A stretch of DNA of 64,000 nt from Octopus sinensis (taxonomy: Eukaryota): assembly GCF_006345805.1 (NCBI RefSeq), contig NC_043000.1:65100001-65164000 (forward strand), read 5' to 3'. Positions 1 through 13,431 of this stretch are shown one piece after another. Both the position numbers and the translations under genes were made by a program. The notes below the pieces were generated by a model, which was given only the letters and a program-made list of their open reading frames with translations, was not told where the DNA came from and ran no database searches. Position 1 is the stretch's first letter. Every line of letters begins with the position of its first letter.

Positions 1-370
1 CAGACATCTTTCTTTTTTGTACTTCTATTCTTTGGAAATAATGATAGATTTGCCAAGAAATTGATTCAGAAGACAAACAGGTAGCTTTCTATAGCAGATA
101 TGTAGCACACTAAAACGTATACCTGACTTGATAAAATAAAATTAGACAAACAACTATAAAAGAGAAAGCGCTCCAAATAAAAACATAAATAAAAATGGAA
201 TAAAGGAGATAAGAGAAAGGAAAAAGAAAAAAAGAACAGTAATGTCAAAATAGATGCAAGATAGATAATAGAAATAGAACAGAGAGAGAAGCGGAAGAGA
301 TAGTAAAATGGGAAAAATAAAGTACAGATGATATACAGAATATTAGGAGGAAGAGACAATTAAGATGTGC

Positions 371-371
<1 letters not shown>

Positions 372-441
<70 letters not shown>
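372..441. repeat. (AG)n microsatellite
   Basis: Uninterrupted AG dinucleotide run; source of spurious RERE/SLSL ORFs. Confidence 0.95.
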
Positions 442-445
<4 letters not shown>

Positions 446-1008
446 ATCAAAATAGCTAAAAAGAAATTCGAGGCTAAAAGTAGATTTAATTATATTCAAA
501 GACAAATGACCGAATTAATTTCGTGTTTCAAAACTTTATTTACAGATTAATATAATCTCTAGATTTAATTCTTGTTTGTTTGTCGATCATAACAAACATT
601 TTAGATTTGTTTTCTGGAAACTCATTTCTCTCTTTCATTCTTATTCCGTAGAAATTGTCTTTGCTGTAAAAATAAATCGGAAGAATTTTATTTCTATTTT
701 CCTCTGACAAATTCCTTGTTTATTTGTATGGCTTCTCTGTACATATGTAAGTATATAAGCATTACGTACATGTATAAAACATCTGTAAATTCATACATAA
801 ATTCAAAAATACTTTTTCTCTCTCTCTCTCTCACACATACACATATGTATGTAAGTGTGTGTGCGTGTGTACATGTGTGAGCGCGTATATATGTGTAAAC
901 ACAAACACACACATATATGAATGTATATGAACACACACATACATATATGTGTGTGTGTGTTTGTGTAACAAATGAAAAGGGTGGCTTATTAGAACCTAAA
1001 GGTAAAAT

Positions 1009-1352
1009 TAATAGAGGTCACAAAAGTGACTGAGGGTGCTGACTAGCACCGCTTAAACTAAAAAAAAGAATTAAATTAACTCCAAAGCCACTAAATCCCT
1101 ATACTTAAATGACTGACAAAGGGAGGTAAGTCCCTAGCGTATATAGCTCTTTCGCGATTTCGAATCTTGGTGTAGACCACCTTAATTCTCAGCAGCAGCT
1201 CTTAGCGCATAGGGTTAAACCCAACTTCCTTGGTCAGAAAAATCGTTGAAATCATGTGCTGATTTTTAAAACGGTATATAACGACACGGCTATATATGCT
1301 AGGGACTTGCGGTGCTAGTCAGCACCGTCCGTCACTTTTGTGACCCCTATTA
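1009..1352. mobile_element. MITE-like element with ~44-bp terminal inverted repeats
   Basis: taatagaggtcacaaaagtgactgagggtgctgactagcaccgc (1009-1052) is the near-perfect reverse complement of 1309-1352; a further internal inverted pair aagtccctagcgtatatagc (~1128-1147) / gctatatatgctagggactt (~1289-1308); ends in TA; non-coding. Confidence 0.75.
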
Positions 1353-1358
1353 CATATG

Positions 1359-1397
<39 letters not shown>

Positions 1398-1813
1398 CAA
1401 AATGAGACAAGAACGCAAAACATCCGGACAACTAGGTGATACAAAAAGGGACAACAAAACATCCAGATAAACGATACAAAGAAAACAAGGACGGGTCATT
1501 CGAAATTTTCTTGCACCAGATTATCCTCGCAGTTTCGGCTGATTATTCTTGAGATTGCTCCAATCTGGCCATATTTCGTTTTTGGATTTGGTTTGCAAGA
1601 TTCTTTATGTTGTATCTGGGGAGAGTCATTCTCTTTTAGTTCCTTATTATTTAACACACTCACCGGTAAAGTTTTCATTTACTTAATTATTTTCCCTAAA
1701 ATTTTCGTTGCGTCTTGCAACCTTTTCAATAGTCGTTGACTGTCTGTTATCCGAGTTGCGTTCTTTTTGTTTGTTTGTGCGCATGTTTGTCGGTCAGTGT
1801 GTGTACGCATAAA

Positions 1814-1945
1814 CATGTATGTATGTATGTATGTATGTATGTATGTATGTATGTATGTATGTATGTATGTATGTATGTATGTATGTATGTATGAATGTAT
1901 GTATGTATGTATGTATGTATGTATGTATGTATGTATGTATGTATA
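1814..1945. repeat. (TATG)n tetranucleotide microsatellite
   Basis: Long TATG run, explains the MYVC/HTYI ORFs. Confidence 0.95.
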
Positions 1946-2079
1946 TATGTACATACGTGTGTGTGTGTATGCGTGTGTGTGTACAGAAAGAGAGCGAGAG
2001 AGTGTGTGTGCAAGTGTAATCTGTGTAACATACTTAATGCAAAACGTATCATAGAAGATCTAATTAATGCAGTATTCGC

Positions 2080-3085
2080 CATGGGATAGTGTATCTTATA
2101 GAAGTACAGTGTTAACAGAGTTATAGGTCAATAAGCTATTTTCTATCTCAGGACGAATACTACAGCTAATTAGGATTTCCAGGATGTATCTACATTAAGT
2201 ATGATGCACAGATTGCTATTATAAACTAATATTGCTTCTATAGCTCCATGACGAATTTGAGAGGTACATGGTTCAGTACTCCGCAGAGGCTTCCTAGCTA
2301 CTTTTTTTCCGTCTTCTAAATGGTTTCTCTACGATTCTCTACGCTGTCTTCAAAGCCATCCTGCGTTCGAGAATTCCTTTATTTCCTGTAGAATATACAT
2401 ATATGGGTCCACAACTGAAATAGATTCTTAAATTATGTCTGTTAAAGATCCTTCTATATTTGTGTAACCGCGTGAAATGCTTATCCACCAACCTAAGAAA
2501 TATCTTACCTACACATGTCCAGACGTTTAGGGGGAAGGGGAAACGAACCATAAGTTCTTGCGGTGGCGTTTCCTTTTATGGTTGCGCGATTCTGATGTAT
2601 ATACTATATGGTCCTTGAATCCGCTGGCCGCTAGCGTCTCATTGTAAGCGAGAGCAGCTTCGTCGAAAATATCTTTATTTGAAGATAAGTTCTAAATCTG
2701 TTTACTGATATTTTTTATTAGGTTTTTGAACACTATGCGTGAGTGGCAGGAGGCTGTGTTAATGTATGATAGCCTATCATTCGGTTTGCGGTATGGTCTG
2801 TAGGTGCCACTGTCTAAATCAAGTATGACATCCAAGAAATTCACCACGGTGAGGATAGACTCGATGGTGATTTTAAGGCCAAGGTTGTTGAGGGTGTGTA
2901 TGATGTCTTTTCTAAGTCTATCTAATGTATAGCCGTTAGCGCCTCTGGAGATGGCTAAGGCATCATCTCTATAGAAGCCGAAGTGGGAAGAAGGGAATTT
3001 ATTACCCAGGGTATCTAGAACGTAAAACCCTAAATGGTCGCAAATATCAGCGCTGTCATATGCCCTCATCGCGGCGTCGAAGGAG
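2080..3085 (-). mobile_element. Penelope-like retroelement fragment (RT palm/thumb and degraded downstream region)
   Basis: ORF 2692-3069 reads AYDSADICD..GFYRDDAL..LGLKITIE..VNFLDVILDL..YRPYRKPN..YINTASCH, the typical Penelope RT pattern (YRDD); ORF 2339-2551 has GKIFLRLVDKHF..HKYRRIFNRHN, a conserved PLE linker; stops and frameshifts present. Confidence 0.85.
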
Positions 3086-4205
3086 TCTTCAGGGTCAGTT
3101 CGTTTGACCCAGGTTGAATCCTGATTGAACAGTTGCGTTGCCTAGCGTGCATAATTATATATATTTCTCTATCACTTATGTCGGTAATTCCTCTAGCATA
3201 CACTAATGCCCTATCAAGTAACATTTTCGATATCGATGGATAAAAGTCTACTATATCGAATTGTAAATAGTGAACGCTGGGAGAAATATTTTCTTTGAAA
3301 AGAGAAAAGATAGAAGAAAGAGAAAAACAGTCCAGTCTTTAGAACGTCCGTGCAGGAAAAGAAAGATGGACGATGGTCACGTGTGAGCAACGAAAGAGAG
3401 AGAGAGAGAGAGAAAGAAGGGTCTTTTCTCTGTGTTTACTTGTCCAGAATTCGCCCCCAAATGGGTCTGTCACATTAGGTTGGCAAAATATCGTTACTGT
3501 AGAGTGCTGCTACTGGATATCTCTCGTTGAGAGATTCAGGAACAACAATGTTTCTATTATATATAGCACGGGTCGAGGAACTTTTTTAACCAATTACCCC
3601 AAAATTTATTTATTTACACCGACGTTACCTTGATTTAAAAGGAAGAAAATCAATAGGGAATTCAAAAGGTTTATCGAATCCATTTATATGGAGAATACAA
3701 TTATAAATATAAAAAGTATAAAACAGATGCCATAAAATAAATTAATATCCTCATTCCGAAACAAAAGGATTGTTCTAGAAACTTTTTCACTTCAGGTTTT
3801 GGAGAAAGGTATATGATATCTAACCCCTTTAGTATCTCGAATATCTTGAACTCCACCATAACAATGAATAATACCCCTACCCACCCAATAAAAACAATAA
3901 AGTTTTAAATATAGAATAAGCATATAAATGAAATAAAGCCATATAAGTATTTTAATTCATAATGATATTATTATCACCTTCAAGTGATTTGAGGTAGATG
4001 ACAATAATTTTATTCATATCATACTCATAAATAGCACAATTTCTCGATACAGAAGTAGTTATAACAGAAATATAAATTATAGAATTACAAAAATTCAGGA
4101 TAGTTGTAGCTGTGGGGACTTCGATCATAAATTTTTCCGATCAGGTCTGATCGAAGCTAAATAATAAACTAAACTTCAAATTTTCTCTTCCTTTATACTA
4201 TTAAC

Positions 4206-4866
4206 CAGTGGCGGCTCGTGTATAGGAACTGCATTACCCCCTATTTCCACTTGATATTATCGATAACATTCAATATAATGAGTTCTTTTTTCTTTGATTC
4301 TTTCTTTATACTTGTACATTATATAATCCTTAAGCTTAATGTCAGTAGCCATCCCCTAGTTTATGAAAAAATGCAAAAGTCCTTGTACAGAACTGCGCGC
4401 TTCACAGTTCCAGTGACGCGGTGTTTGGCTGTTGTGCGCATGCTCACATGTCTGAGATAGGAAGCTTCACATTAGGGAGAACGACAGTGCCGGGTGAAAG
4501 GTAGTGTTTCTTTTCGACTCCGCGTGTATTGTACTTACAAACGTGTTTATATTCTTGAATGTGATAACGTGTAGAATTAGATTATTATCCTGCTTCCAGC
4601 TTCAGTGTTGCTGCCAGGATTTGAAAAATAGGGCGCCCCCACTATTTTGTGATTTAGTGGGGACTTTTGAAAAACAAGTGGAATTCGCGGTGTTGTTCAG
4701 TGAACAAATTAAACGCACTACCCGGCAGTGGCTCAAACACGAACCGATCAAGTTTATGTATAAATTTTCTTTTTAATATGTTTGTTTCTTTTTACACAAT
4801 ATTAAAACAACGGCTAAAATTTTCTGAAGCAGCACCCCCTCTGATTTTATCTACAAGCCGACACTG
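4206..4866. mobile_element. hAT-type non-autonomous element (MITE) with 8-bp target-site duplication
   Basis: TIRs cagtggcggct (4206-4216) / agccgacactg (4856-4866), flanked on both sides by identical ctattaac (4198-4205 and 4867-4874); an 8-bp TSD is diagnostic of hAT. Confidence 0.85.
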
Positions 4867-5492
4867 CTATTAACCCTTCCATATACCAACTGCTTCAAAA
4901 TCGTTCCAAAAACTCCGCGATAGGTGAAAATTCGCGAAGTAGAAACAGTACTATATAATAAGTTATATAATTTGTATATATTTATTTTATTATAAATGCG
5001 AAACAACACCACGGAGTAATCGACGTAAGCTTAAATAATAAATCGCGATATGGCGAGGGATTATTGTATTTCTCTTTTATTAACAGTACACACGCACAGA
5101 CACAGACACACACAGACACACACACACACACACATAGACTACGCGCGTGCGCGCACACACACACACAACACACATACAGACAATCAGATACAGACACACA
5201 CACACATATATATAGCATAATGTTTGTCCTGATTTAAATTAAGTAATCAGTATTTTTTCTTCTGAATGACTTATGATTATTTTATAGGCAGAAGAAATAT
5301 CAATAAACTGTATATTACTTGCATACATACATACATACATACATACATATTTGTAAATACATATATATGTACAAATATATATATTCATACTTGCATATAT
5401 ATATTTGTGTATATATGTACACACGCACACACATACGTGTATGTGCGTGCATATATAGTATGAACATATGTAAATAGTTTTATCTTTATATA

Positions 5493-5537
<45 letters not shown>

Positions 5538-5844
5538 TGTGTGTGCGTGCATGTGTGTGTTCCTTTAAATTCCTCTATAAGGTAGCCTTCTGGCTATTGG
5601 CTAAATACAGGCTGCATAAATTTAACTGTTGGGGATATGTCTATAGAACACTTGTTTCGACGATAATTAAATAAAACAAATGAATATATTGTTTTTGCAT
5701 GTTCTTGAGAAGTAAGCTACTTCGGCAATAAAAAAGTTAAAATATTATATTGCCAAGATTGACAGCTTCATTATAATTCTAGGTTAACTTTCGGTCACCT
5801 GGTCAATGATTACATTTAATAAATGCACAATAGGAATAACATCA

Positions 5845-6094
5845 ATGGCAAATCACGGAGGGGATGAAAAATCTGTCGGTGGGTTCGAACAATACATGAA
5901 AGAAACTGCTCGAAGTTTCAAGGAATGCCGGGTAAAAAATTCACTGCGTCGAAATTCCCTGCAAAAGAAAACTTTAGGAATTGAAAAACAACGGAAAATT
6001 TCCTCTTTGTTGCTTGACAAAGAAGAAAGAGAGCTGAGAGAAAAATATCGCCAACTTCAAGTCGATCAAAAGGTTTCCTCCTTTACTCATTCCA
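5845..6094 (+). CDS. Candidate first coding exon of a host coiled-coil protein (CCDC190-like heptad pattern, tentative)
   Basis: Non-repetitive ORF MANHGGDEKSVGGFEQYMKETARSFKECRVKNSLRRNSLQKKTLGIEKQRKISSLLLDKEERELREKYRQLQVDQK; tag acceptor at 5831-5833 upstream of the ATG; canonical donor CA|GTAAGT at 6095; family resemblance is from memory only. Confidence 0.5.
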
Positions 6095-7559
6095 GTAAGT
6101 ATGGTGTCTTCTTTTATAATTATTGTTGTTGTTTAGCCACAGTACAGCTTTGATGGGGAAGAACTATAATCAAAGTCTTTCCAGCCGTGACCGCCCCATA
6201 TTTTCTTTTCTGTCTTCAGAAATAATGTACTTAGGTCTATATTATCCAATGTAGACTTCTTTTTCTTGAAGGTGATGGGGTATGATTTGAAAAAAAAAAA
6301 AAAAGAAACATTTGATTGAGGTTAAATAACAACAACAGTGAAAGTGCTCAGATTGCTATCTCTTGCAGATTGAGCTCTCTTGTTGCTGCTATTTAGCTCC
6401 AAGTCAGCCCTAATCGAATACACTTACTATGAAAGCCATTCAAACCCGACCATCTTGTAGTCTGCCCTGGCAAATTACATCCAGAGTAACTTTATTCAAA
6501 CTATTTTTTTTTCATCTAAGGCAACACTATGTGATTTGAGAGAGATTTAGGTGCTATTTCCAGTAGGCTGCTCGTTTGCTGCTGTTTTATTAATCGTTAT
6601 TGATTAACCACAGTCATGCCTGCAAGAGCAGGCATTTGATATAGGCAGCGGAAACTTCTCAAATAATTAGGATTACATCCAAAATGTGAGTCTAGTTTAA
6701 ATTCGATCTATCAAACGGCACTTTGCCCTTTCCCATCTCGTCTTTTGAGCGAACATTTCAAACGGTCTCCATTTTAAAAACAATAAAAGAATTTATACTG
6801 GAAAATCTCTTGTGGCTGCAGATTTGGCTGGTATACCGACTAGATTTGGTTAGCATATTGAATGGGCTTCTGAAACTTAGCTGCTATATTGAGCAGAGTT
6901 GGCTGCTATGAGAAAGAAGAGATTTCTTATGCTTCTGTTTACTAACTCAGAACTTCTTTACTTGATGCTACTGTTTTGCTGTATTTAAGTTTGGCTGCTA
7001 TTTTCAGCAGATCGAATGACCCCAAAGAAACTCTTCTTTATGTCATCATTGAGATTATAGTAACGTTTACTGTTAAACAGCGATAAGTTACCTGCAATCC
7101 CTTTGTTTACGTCTCCAATATCTCTTGGAACGGTACGAAAACAGTGATTTCCCCATTTCCATTCTCTAAAAACAGTTCATGTGATGGATAGCATTACATA
7201 GACGGTGATCTGCTGCTGGTGATCTGAGTCAGTAACGTAAGTTAGATTCATCATTGTAACTATTTCATCAACCATTGTAACATAAATATTTAATATAAAA
7301 CGATTTAGTTCTTCTACACACTTTCCGGAGAATTCGCACACCTTCGTGAGACGATGGATCGGCAACAGGCAAGTTCCTCTCTTAGGAACAGACATAGGGT
7401 TTTATAAATACGTGACCTACAGTTACCTCTGCTTTTATATCTTCTTTCTGTCCACACCACTGTTGCTGCCACCCAAAGAAAAATCAAAGGCCAACACAGT
7501 TTGGACTAGTGTTGTCAGAACACAAACAGCCAGAACAAATATCACAGGCTATTAATTCC

Positions 7560-9075
7560 TCCGACCCATCACTCAGGATTGGGAATTTATTTTTCTTATG
7601 TCAGCACCTGAGCTCCCTATAAAAAAACAAAAATTGCTGGCTTTAGGGACCGACAATGCCAGTGTGATGACAGAAGTAAACAATGGTGTTTTCCAGAAAT
7701 TAAAAGAGAAATTTCTGTCATTGCTTCTATTTAGATGTGTTTGTCAATCTTTACAGTTGGCAGTCCCCCACAGTTGAGCTGAATGTAGTCCAGAAACTTA
7801 GAATTTTTAGTATCCGAAACCTTTAAATGGTTTTCTCATTTTTCAAAGAGAGCCTACGAACAGCTCTATTTTCCTATCAATGATAAAGGGCTCTTGAAAA
7901 TTGAGAATGTTCGTGCATCTAGGACATCTAGGTGGCTGTCAATAAAACCAGCTGTAAGTAGAATTTTAAGCCAATGGTTCAAATTATAAATTCACTTCCA
8001 AACTACAAGTACGAAAGAAAAATGCTTTACAGCTCAAATGCTACACGAAATGTTTTGTGGTTCTATAAATGAACATTTTTTAAATTTTTGCATCCAATTC
8101 TAAATCATGTTCAGGAAGTGAATAAACTGTTTGAATCAAAACCTATTGAGACAAAACAAAATTACTTAGGAATTTGATCAAATCTTTTACTACAATAATA
8201 GTATTGTCAATTGATCCTCTTGATCCTGATGCTTATATTGAAGAATTTCTTAATCCTAAACCAAATTTAGCCTACAGGTTCGAGAGAAAGCTAGCTGAAA
8301 TGATAATCAAGACGGCAGTAACAGCAACCGAAAATATAGTATTCGTAAAAGAGCACAACTTTTACTCTATTTTTATAGAGATTATGCAACGTTTGTCACT
8401 AAACTTTATTGGACCGAAGAATATCAAACGCTTTTCAGTAGAGAATAATTTGAGACATTTCAAAGAGACAATTTTTCCTGTCTTTGACGCAACATTTAAA
8501 TGAAGAAAAAAATTGCTTCAATTGAAATTCAATTTAATAGCATCCATTTAGTTATATGGACAAATAATCTAATACTGAGGCATTCTTGTAAAAAGTTTTG
8601 GATTATAAAGATGACCCTGGAGGAAATCCTTTTAGACATGTTGCAAAATATGCTATTGACCTATTAATATAGCCAAACGCAAATGCCAAAGTTGAACGGT
8701 TGTTGAGCAATATGAGTAGAACCAAATCAAAACTGAAAAACAAAATACAGTTTCCAATGCTTGGATCGATACTTTCTATAGATTATGGCCTAAAAGGATA
8801 TGGGAAATACTGCAAAAACTACGACAACCAAAACCTATATTTAACAAGGCTGGGACTTTGGATGAGTACAAAGTCAATCCTGCAGCTGAAAGTGAACAAA
8901 TCTGTGAAATTGAAGAAATTATTTCTCAAAGCTGAATGTAAATAAAAATGTAAATAAAAAAAAAATTATTATATAATTGGATTTAGGCATTTTTTTCTTC
9001 TCATATCTAGCATTCTTTTGGGCATTTTTCTACTGAAATTTAGCATAAAATTGTGATTTTATGTTGGCAACACTA
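7560..9075 (+). mobile_element. Decayed hAT transposon: transposase remnant and right end
   Basis: Motifs RCVCQSLQLAV (~7735) and the hAT C-terminal dimerisation-like LLI*PNANAKVERLLSNMSRTKSKLKN..LGSILSIDYGL (~8660-8790); end motif ggcaacact at 9066-9074; many stops. Confidence 0.75.
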
Positions 9076-9275
9076 CTGAGACAATGTAAAACTAAGGATT
9101 TGTGCTCAGAAACAAAGAAATACTTGCAGCTGGATTGAAATTACGGTCTAAGGCAGCAAGTTGTCCAAAACTTTATGGGCTCAGTTATTTAATTTCTTCG
9201 ACAAGTGGTGTTAATAAATATTAAGTCTTTATTATTGAGATTATCCTGCTTTATACAAAAGTAAATAACAACTTC

Positions 9276-9545
9276 ATGTCAGCCAAATCCATCGTGAAAA
9301 CCGCCTTGCCGCCTTCCTTTGGCGGAGAAGTGCAGGATGTTTTCTTTCGACTAGTGGCTATGGCAAAAATGGTTGCACGGTGGACAAAATTGAAAGGATT
9401 CAGGACAGACACTTACATTCTTCTTCGACCAAACCTTCAGCGACTTATTCAAGTTCTGCAGACCTGCTTGGGGAAGGAAACCATGATTGAGAGGGGGATG
9501 CTGCCATACAGTTTGAAGATGGATGAGAGTGGATGAGAGTGTACA
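9276..9545 (+). mobile_element. C-terminal ORF2 fragment of an L1/Tx1-clade non-LTR retrotransposon
   Basis: SAKSIVKTALPPSF..VFFRLVAMAKMVARWTKLKGFRTDT..ER matches the pattern of Tx1-type ORF2 C-termini (LVAxAKxVxWxTRxKG..ER); frameshifted downstream. Confidence 0.55.
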
Positions 9546-9884
9546 TGAGTCCATTCTATTGGATGGTGAATTTGCCCACCCCCAATAAAGGCCTGTAAGC
9601 CGGATGACACTGCTGTAAGAGTTGCTCTCGACAGTTCAAGTAGTCCTGGATTTGAGATTCCTTGATTGATCTCAATGGCTGTCCTATTGGGATGTCTCCT
9701 GTCATTTCTTTTTCTTATACTGTTGTTTTGCAGTTGATTCTGCGTAAATTCAGAAATCGTCTTTGTACAGGGTTTTGGGGCTAAATTTGACAGCTTGCTT
9801 AAAAGGAAAAGAAAACATAATATCCGATCCAAAATTAAAAGTATTTAAAAAAAAAAAGTATCAACTAAATTATGGCGGAGGAAT

Positions 9885-10540
9885 AACAGCTTACCAAAAG
9901 TAGCCGCCCTCAGGTTCCATCACGGGCTCAAGACGGTTCCGGAACCTGGTGCATGTGTTCCTCATTGTATCTCAGTGAAGAGTTTCGAACACTCTTTCAT
10001 CTTGGCCATCAGCTCGGCCTTGGTGCGGCAAGCAGAGCAATTGGTGTCTTTCTCAACCGCACCCCACACAGTAATCCATGGGATTACAATCGGGAGAATT
10101 AGAAGGCCAGAAATCGGAGTCTTATAATTTCTCCGATTACCACTTCTGACTCTTTCCGACAAGGAACCGAATCCTGCAGCTACACATATGGTTTCCCAGC
10201 AGCAACTCTCTCCAGCCAGTATTTAACCACAATCTCCAGAACCTTCACATAACCATTTGAACCTAAAGCTTTGTATAAGGATGAGGGGCGGCAAGACACA
10301 CCCAGCGACCATCACACTTTGGGGGAACTTGGTTTTCATGATGTCCATGTCACGTCTTACAACCTTTACAGACCATTGAGCAAGACTAATGATGTCGGCA
10401 TTTTGATACCGGTGCCCATAAACATGACACCAGTAACTCTCTTCAGATGGCTTCCAGTTCTCTGTGTCAGCTAACGTTTCGTCATCTACAACTTTAATAT
10501 TTATTCTCTCCAACAATGTATTCTTCACCAATATATTAAG
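9885..10540 (-). mobile_element. Tc1/mariner-superfamily transposase remnant (maT/DD37D-like), internally deleted
   Basis: MKTKFPQSVMVAGCV (10223-10531 ORF), LEIVVKYWLERVAAGKPYV*LQDS, and VWGAVEKDTN..TKAEL..GGYF at the C-terminus; disrupted frames. Confidence 0.8.
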
Positions 10541-10656
10541 CTGTTCCTGAAAAAAGGAGACAAAATATCTTCATATTTAACCCGAACATCTTGTAATGTC
10601 CCTTCGTCTTTTGACTTTGTAACAAATAAAGAAACCAATATTATTATTTTAATTAG

Positions 10657-11085
10657 AACGGCGAGCTGGCAGAATCGCTAACACGCCTGGCAAAATGCGG
10701 TATTTCGTCGGTCTTCTCGTTCTGAGTTCAAATTCCGTCGAGGTCGACTTTGCCTTTCATCCTTTCGGGGGCTGATAAATTAAGTACCTGTGAAACACTG
10801 CAATCGACTAGTCCCTTCCCCACAAATTTCAGGCCTTGTGCTTTCAGTAGAAAGGATTATTATTATGGTTAAGGCGGCGAGCTGGCAGAATCGTTAGCAC
10901 GCCGGGCGAAATGTTTTACGTATTCACGTTCTGAGTTCAAATTCCACCGAGGCCGACTTTGCTTTCATCCTTCCAGGGTCTATGAAATAAGTACCAGTTG
11001 AGTACTGGGGTCGATGTAATCGACTTACCACTCTTCCGAAATTGCTGGCCTTGTGCCAGAATTTGAAACCAATATTATTATTATG
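10657..11085 (+). mobile_element. Two tandem copies of the abundant octopus-type tRNA-derived SINE
   Basis: Head ggcggcgagctggcagaatcgttagcacgccggg, B-box-like gagttcaaattcc, body gtcgactttgcctttcatcctt..ggggtcgat..ggccttgtgc, (TAT)n tails; same family recurs throughout the window. Confidence 0.85.
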
Positions 11086-11576
11086 TTATAAATAAGACAA
11101 AGTCGGTTGAGACAGCACGGCATTAGACTGAATACAGCGCAGCGATGTTGGTGCTTGATGCTTATAACAACAGTTATACACTTGTTTGTTTTTAATGAAC
11201 ATCGCTTCACTTCGTAAAATCGTATTCACGTTGAAGTAGATTTACTACTCTAACCTGCTGTAATACATTTAAAGGGATAATTAATTCCACATACTCTATC
11301 ACAAAACTCACGATAATGTTTAGAGAGTCTCCATCCTTCTTTATAGTTATTCTAATAGATTTACCTCACTGAAGAGAATTCGATGTCGGCTGTTTAACGT
11401 TCTAGTTAAAAGCTAAATGTATATGACAACGAGAAACTTAATTGTTTAATGATGAGCAAGTATTATTATGTAGTTAAATGTTCCTAATTCTAAACTGAAG
11501 TATAAAATGATTATATGATGTTATTCGACATCAACGTATGCTGAAGCTGGTGACTTAGCAGAGACTTGGTGGTTGG

Positions 11577-11730
11577 GTGTGGCTATGTGCTAAGAAGCTT
11601 GCTTACCAACCACATGATTCCAGGTTCGGTCCAACTGTATGGCCACACAGAAGTGTCTTCTACTATAGCTTCGGGCCGACCAAAGCCTTGTGAGCTGGTT
11701 TGGTAGACGGAAACTGAAAGAAGCTCGTCC
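11577..11730 (+). mobile_element. CORE-SINE 5' half
   Basis: gtggctatgtgctaagaagcttgcttaccaaccac..aagtgtcttctactatagc..gggccgaccaaagccttgtgag, matching the full copy at 60996-61400. Confidence 0.8.
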
Positions 11731-11804
11731 TCTACATATATATATTTATATATTATTTATATTATTATATGATCGAACACCACACATCCTTTTCCAAGTT
11801 AGTT

Positions 11805-11925
<121 letters not shown>

Positions 11926-11941
11926 ATATATAATATATATA

Positions 11942-12061
11942 TTGGCCTGCTCGCTTAGCCAGCGGGGTGGCGTCATTCGAAGGCTAAAACAATGCGAACG
12001 CATTGTGACCAGCGATGTGTAACAACATCTGATGGTCTGGTCGGTCACGTGATCACGTGAT
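11942..12061 (+). repeat. Short interspersed repeat ending in (tcacgtga)2
   Basis: GC-richer 120-bp island ctgctcgcttagccagcggggtggcgtc..ggtcacgtgatcacgtga between microsatellites; recognised as a recurrent octopus repeat from memory only. Confidence 0.4.
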
Positions 12062-12097
12062 ATATATATATATGTATAGGTGCTTACTCTCTCTCTC

Positions 12098-12505
12098 TTT
12101 ACTCTTTACTCTTTTACTTGTTTCAGTCATTTGACTGCGACCATGCTGGAGCACCGCCTTTAGTCGAGCAAACCTACCCCGAGACTTATTCTTTGTAAGC
12201 CCAATACTTATTCTATCGGTATCTTTTGCCGAACCGCTAAGTAACGTGGACGTAAACACACCAACATCGGTTGTCAAACCATGCTAGGGGGACAAACACA
12301 GACACACAAACACACACACATATATATATATATACATATATACGACGGGCTTCTTTCAGTTTCCGTCTACCAAATCCACTCACAAGGCTTTGGTCGGCCC
12401 GAAGCTATAGTGGAAGACACTTGCCCAAGATGCCATGCAGTGGAACTGAACCCGGAACCATGTGGTTGGTAAGCAAGCTACTTACCACACAGCCACTCCT
12501 GCGCC
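12098..12505 (-). mobile_element. Full-length CORE-SINE (OR2-like) with internal microsatellite
   Basis: Reverse complement of the 60996-61400 copy: tRNA-like head, CORE-like ..cttgggcaagtgtctt, internal (TA/CA)n, tail (aaaagagt)n. Confidence 0.85.
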
Positions 12506-12554
12506 TCTATCTTGTATCTTGTATCTGCGTCTGCTTGTATCTTTGTGTCTGCGT

Positions 12555-12786
12555 TTGCGCCCCCCCCCCCCATCGCTTGACAACCGCTGTTGGTGTGCTT
12601 GCGTCTCCGGAACTTAGCTGTTCGACAAAAGAGACCGATAGAAGAAGTACCGGGCCTAACAAAATCTTAAGTCTTGGGGTCGATTTCTTCGACTAAAACC
12701 CTTCAAGGCGGTGCACCAGCTTGGCTGCAGTCAAATGACTGAAACAAGAATAAAAGAATAAGCGAATAAAGAAATAAAAGAATAAA
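12555..12786 (+). mobile_element. CORE-SINE 3' half
   Basis: catcgcttgacaacc..aaaagagaccgatag..ggggtcgat..gcagtcaaatgactgaaacaag with (aaagaat)n tail. Confidence 0.8.
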
Positions 12787-13431
12787 CTACTTCGTTTAAC
12801 TACGTAACGCTGCAATTATTTAACCTCACGTCAATACCGAAAGAACAGACTTGCAATCAAAAACATTCCCTTCTATGACCATCCTGACATTTTAGAGCTA
12901 TCTAAGCTTGTGTTAATGAATGTGACCTATAATTTCTTTTAGGCAGTTGGGTGTGATTTGAGGAGTATTTGACTACCATTTCTGCCATTTTTAGTAACAC
13001 AAAATATGGTGGTTGTGATAATGCTATGATGCTGGTGCTGAGGATGTTTGTGATGGGGATGTGGTATGTGTTGCTGCTTCTGGTGATGGTAGTGGTGATG
13101 GTCAATATAATGGTTGGAAGAATAAAGAATCAACGAAAAACCATTTCTTTGGTAGGGATATAGCAGAGAGTCACTAAATAGTTCAGAACGATTCTGCATT
13201 CGTTACTCTTAAATGGAAATAACATATAATATAATATGTTATTCGACATCAAAACACTGTTGTTTTGTTATCTAACGGAACAGAGAGTATATATGCAACG
13301 GCTAATGTTTTCCTAATAACCTTAGCGTCCTATCTGATGTATAATTAAGTTAGCTTGCAAAATATTTCCATTTTACAGTTACTGTGGGAATGGTAGAACA
13401 AGCAAAACAGACGCAATATCGAAAGGGATAC

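Noticed and set aside
9449-9832. 127-aa minus-strand ORF
   Set aside because: Partly antisense to the Tx1 ORF2 fragment, with no motif support.
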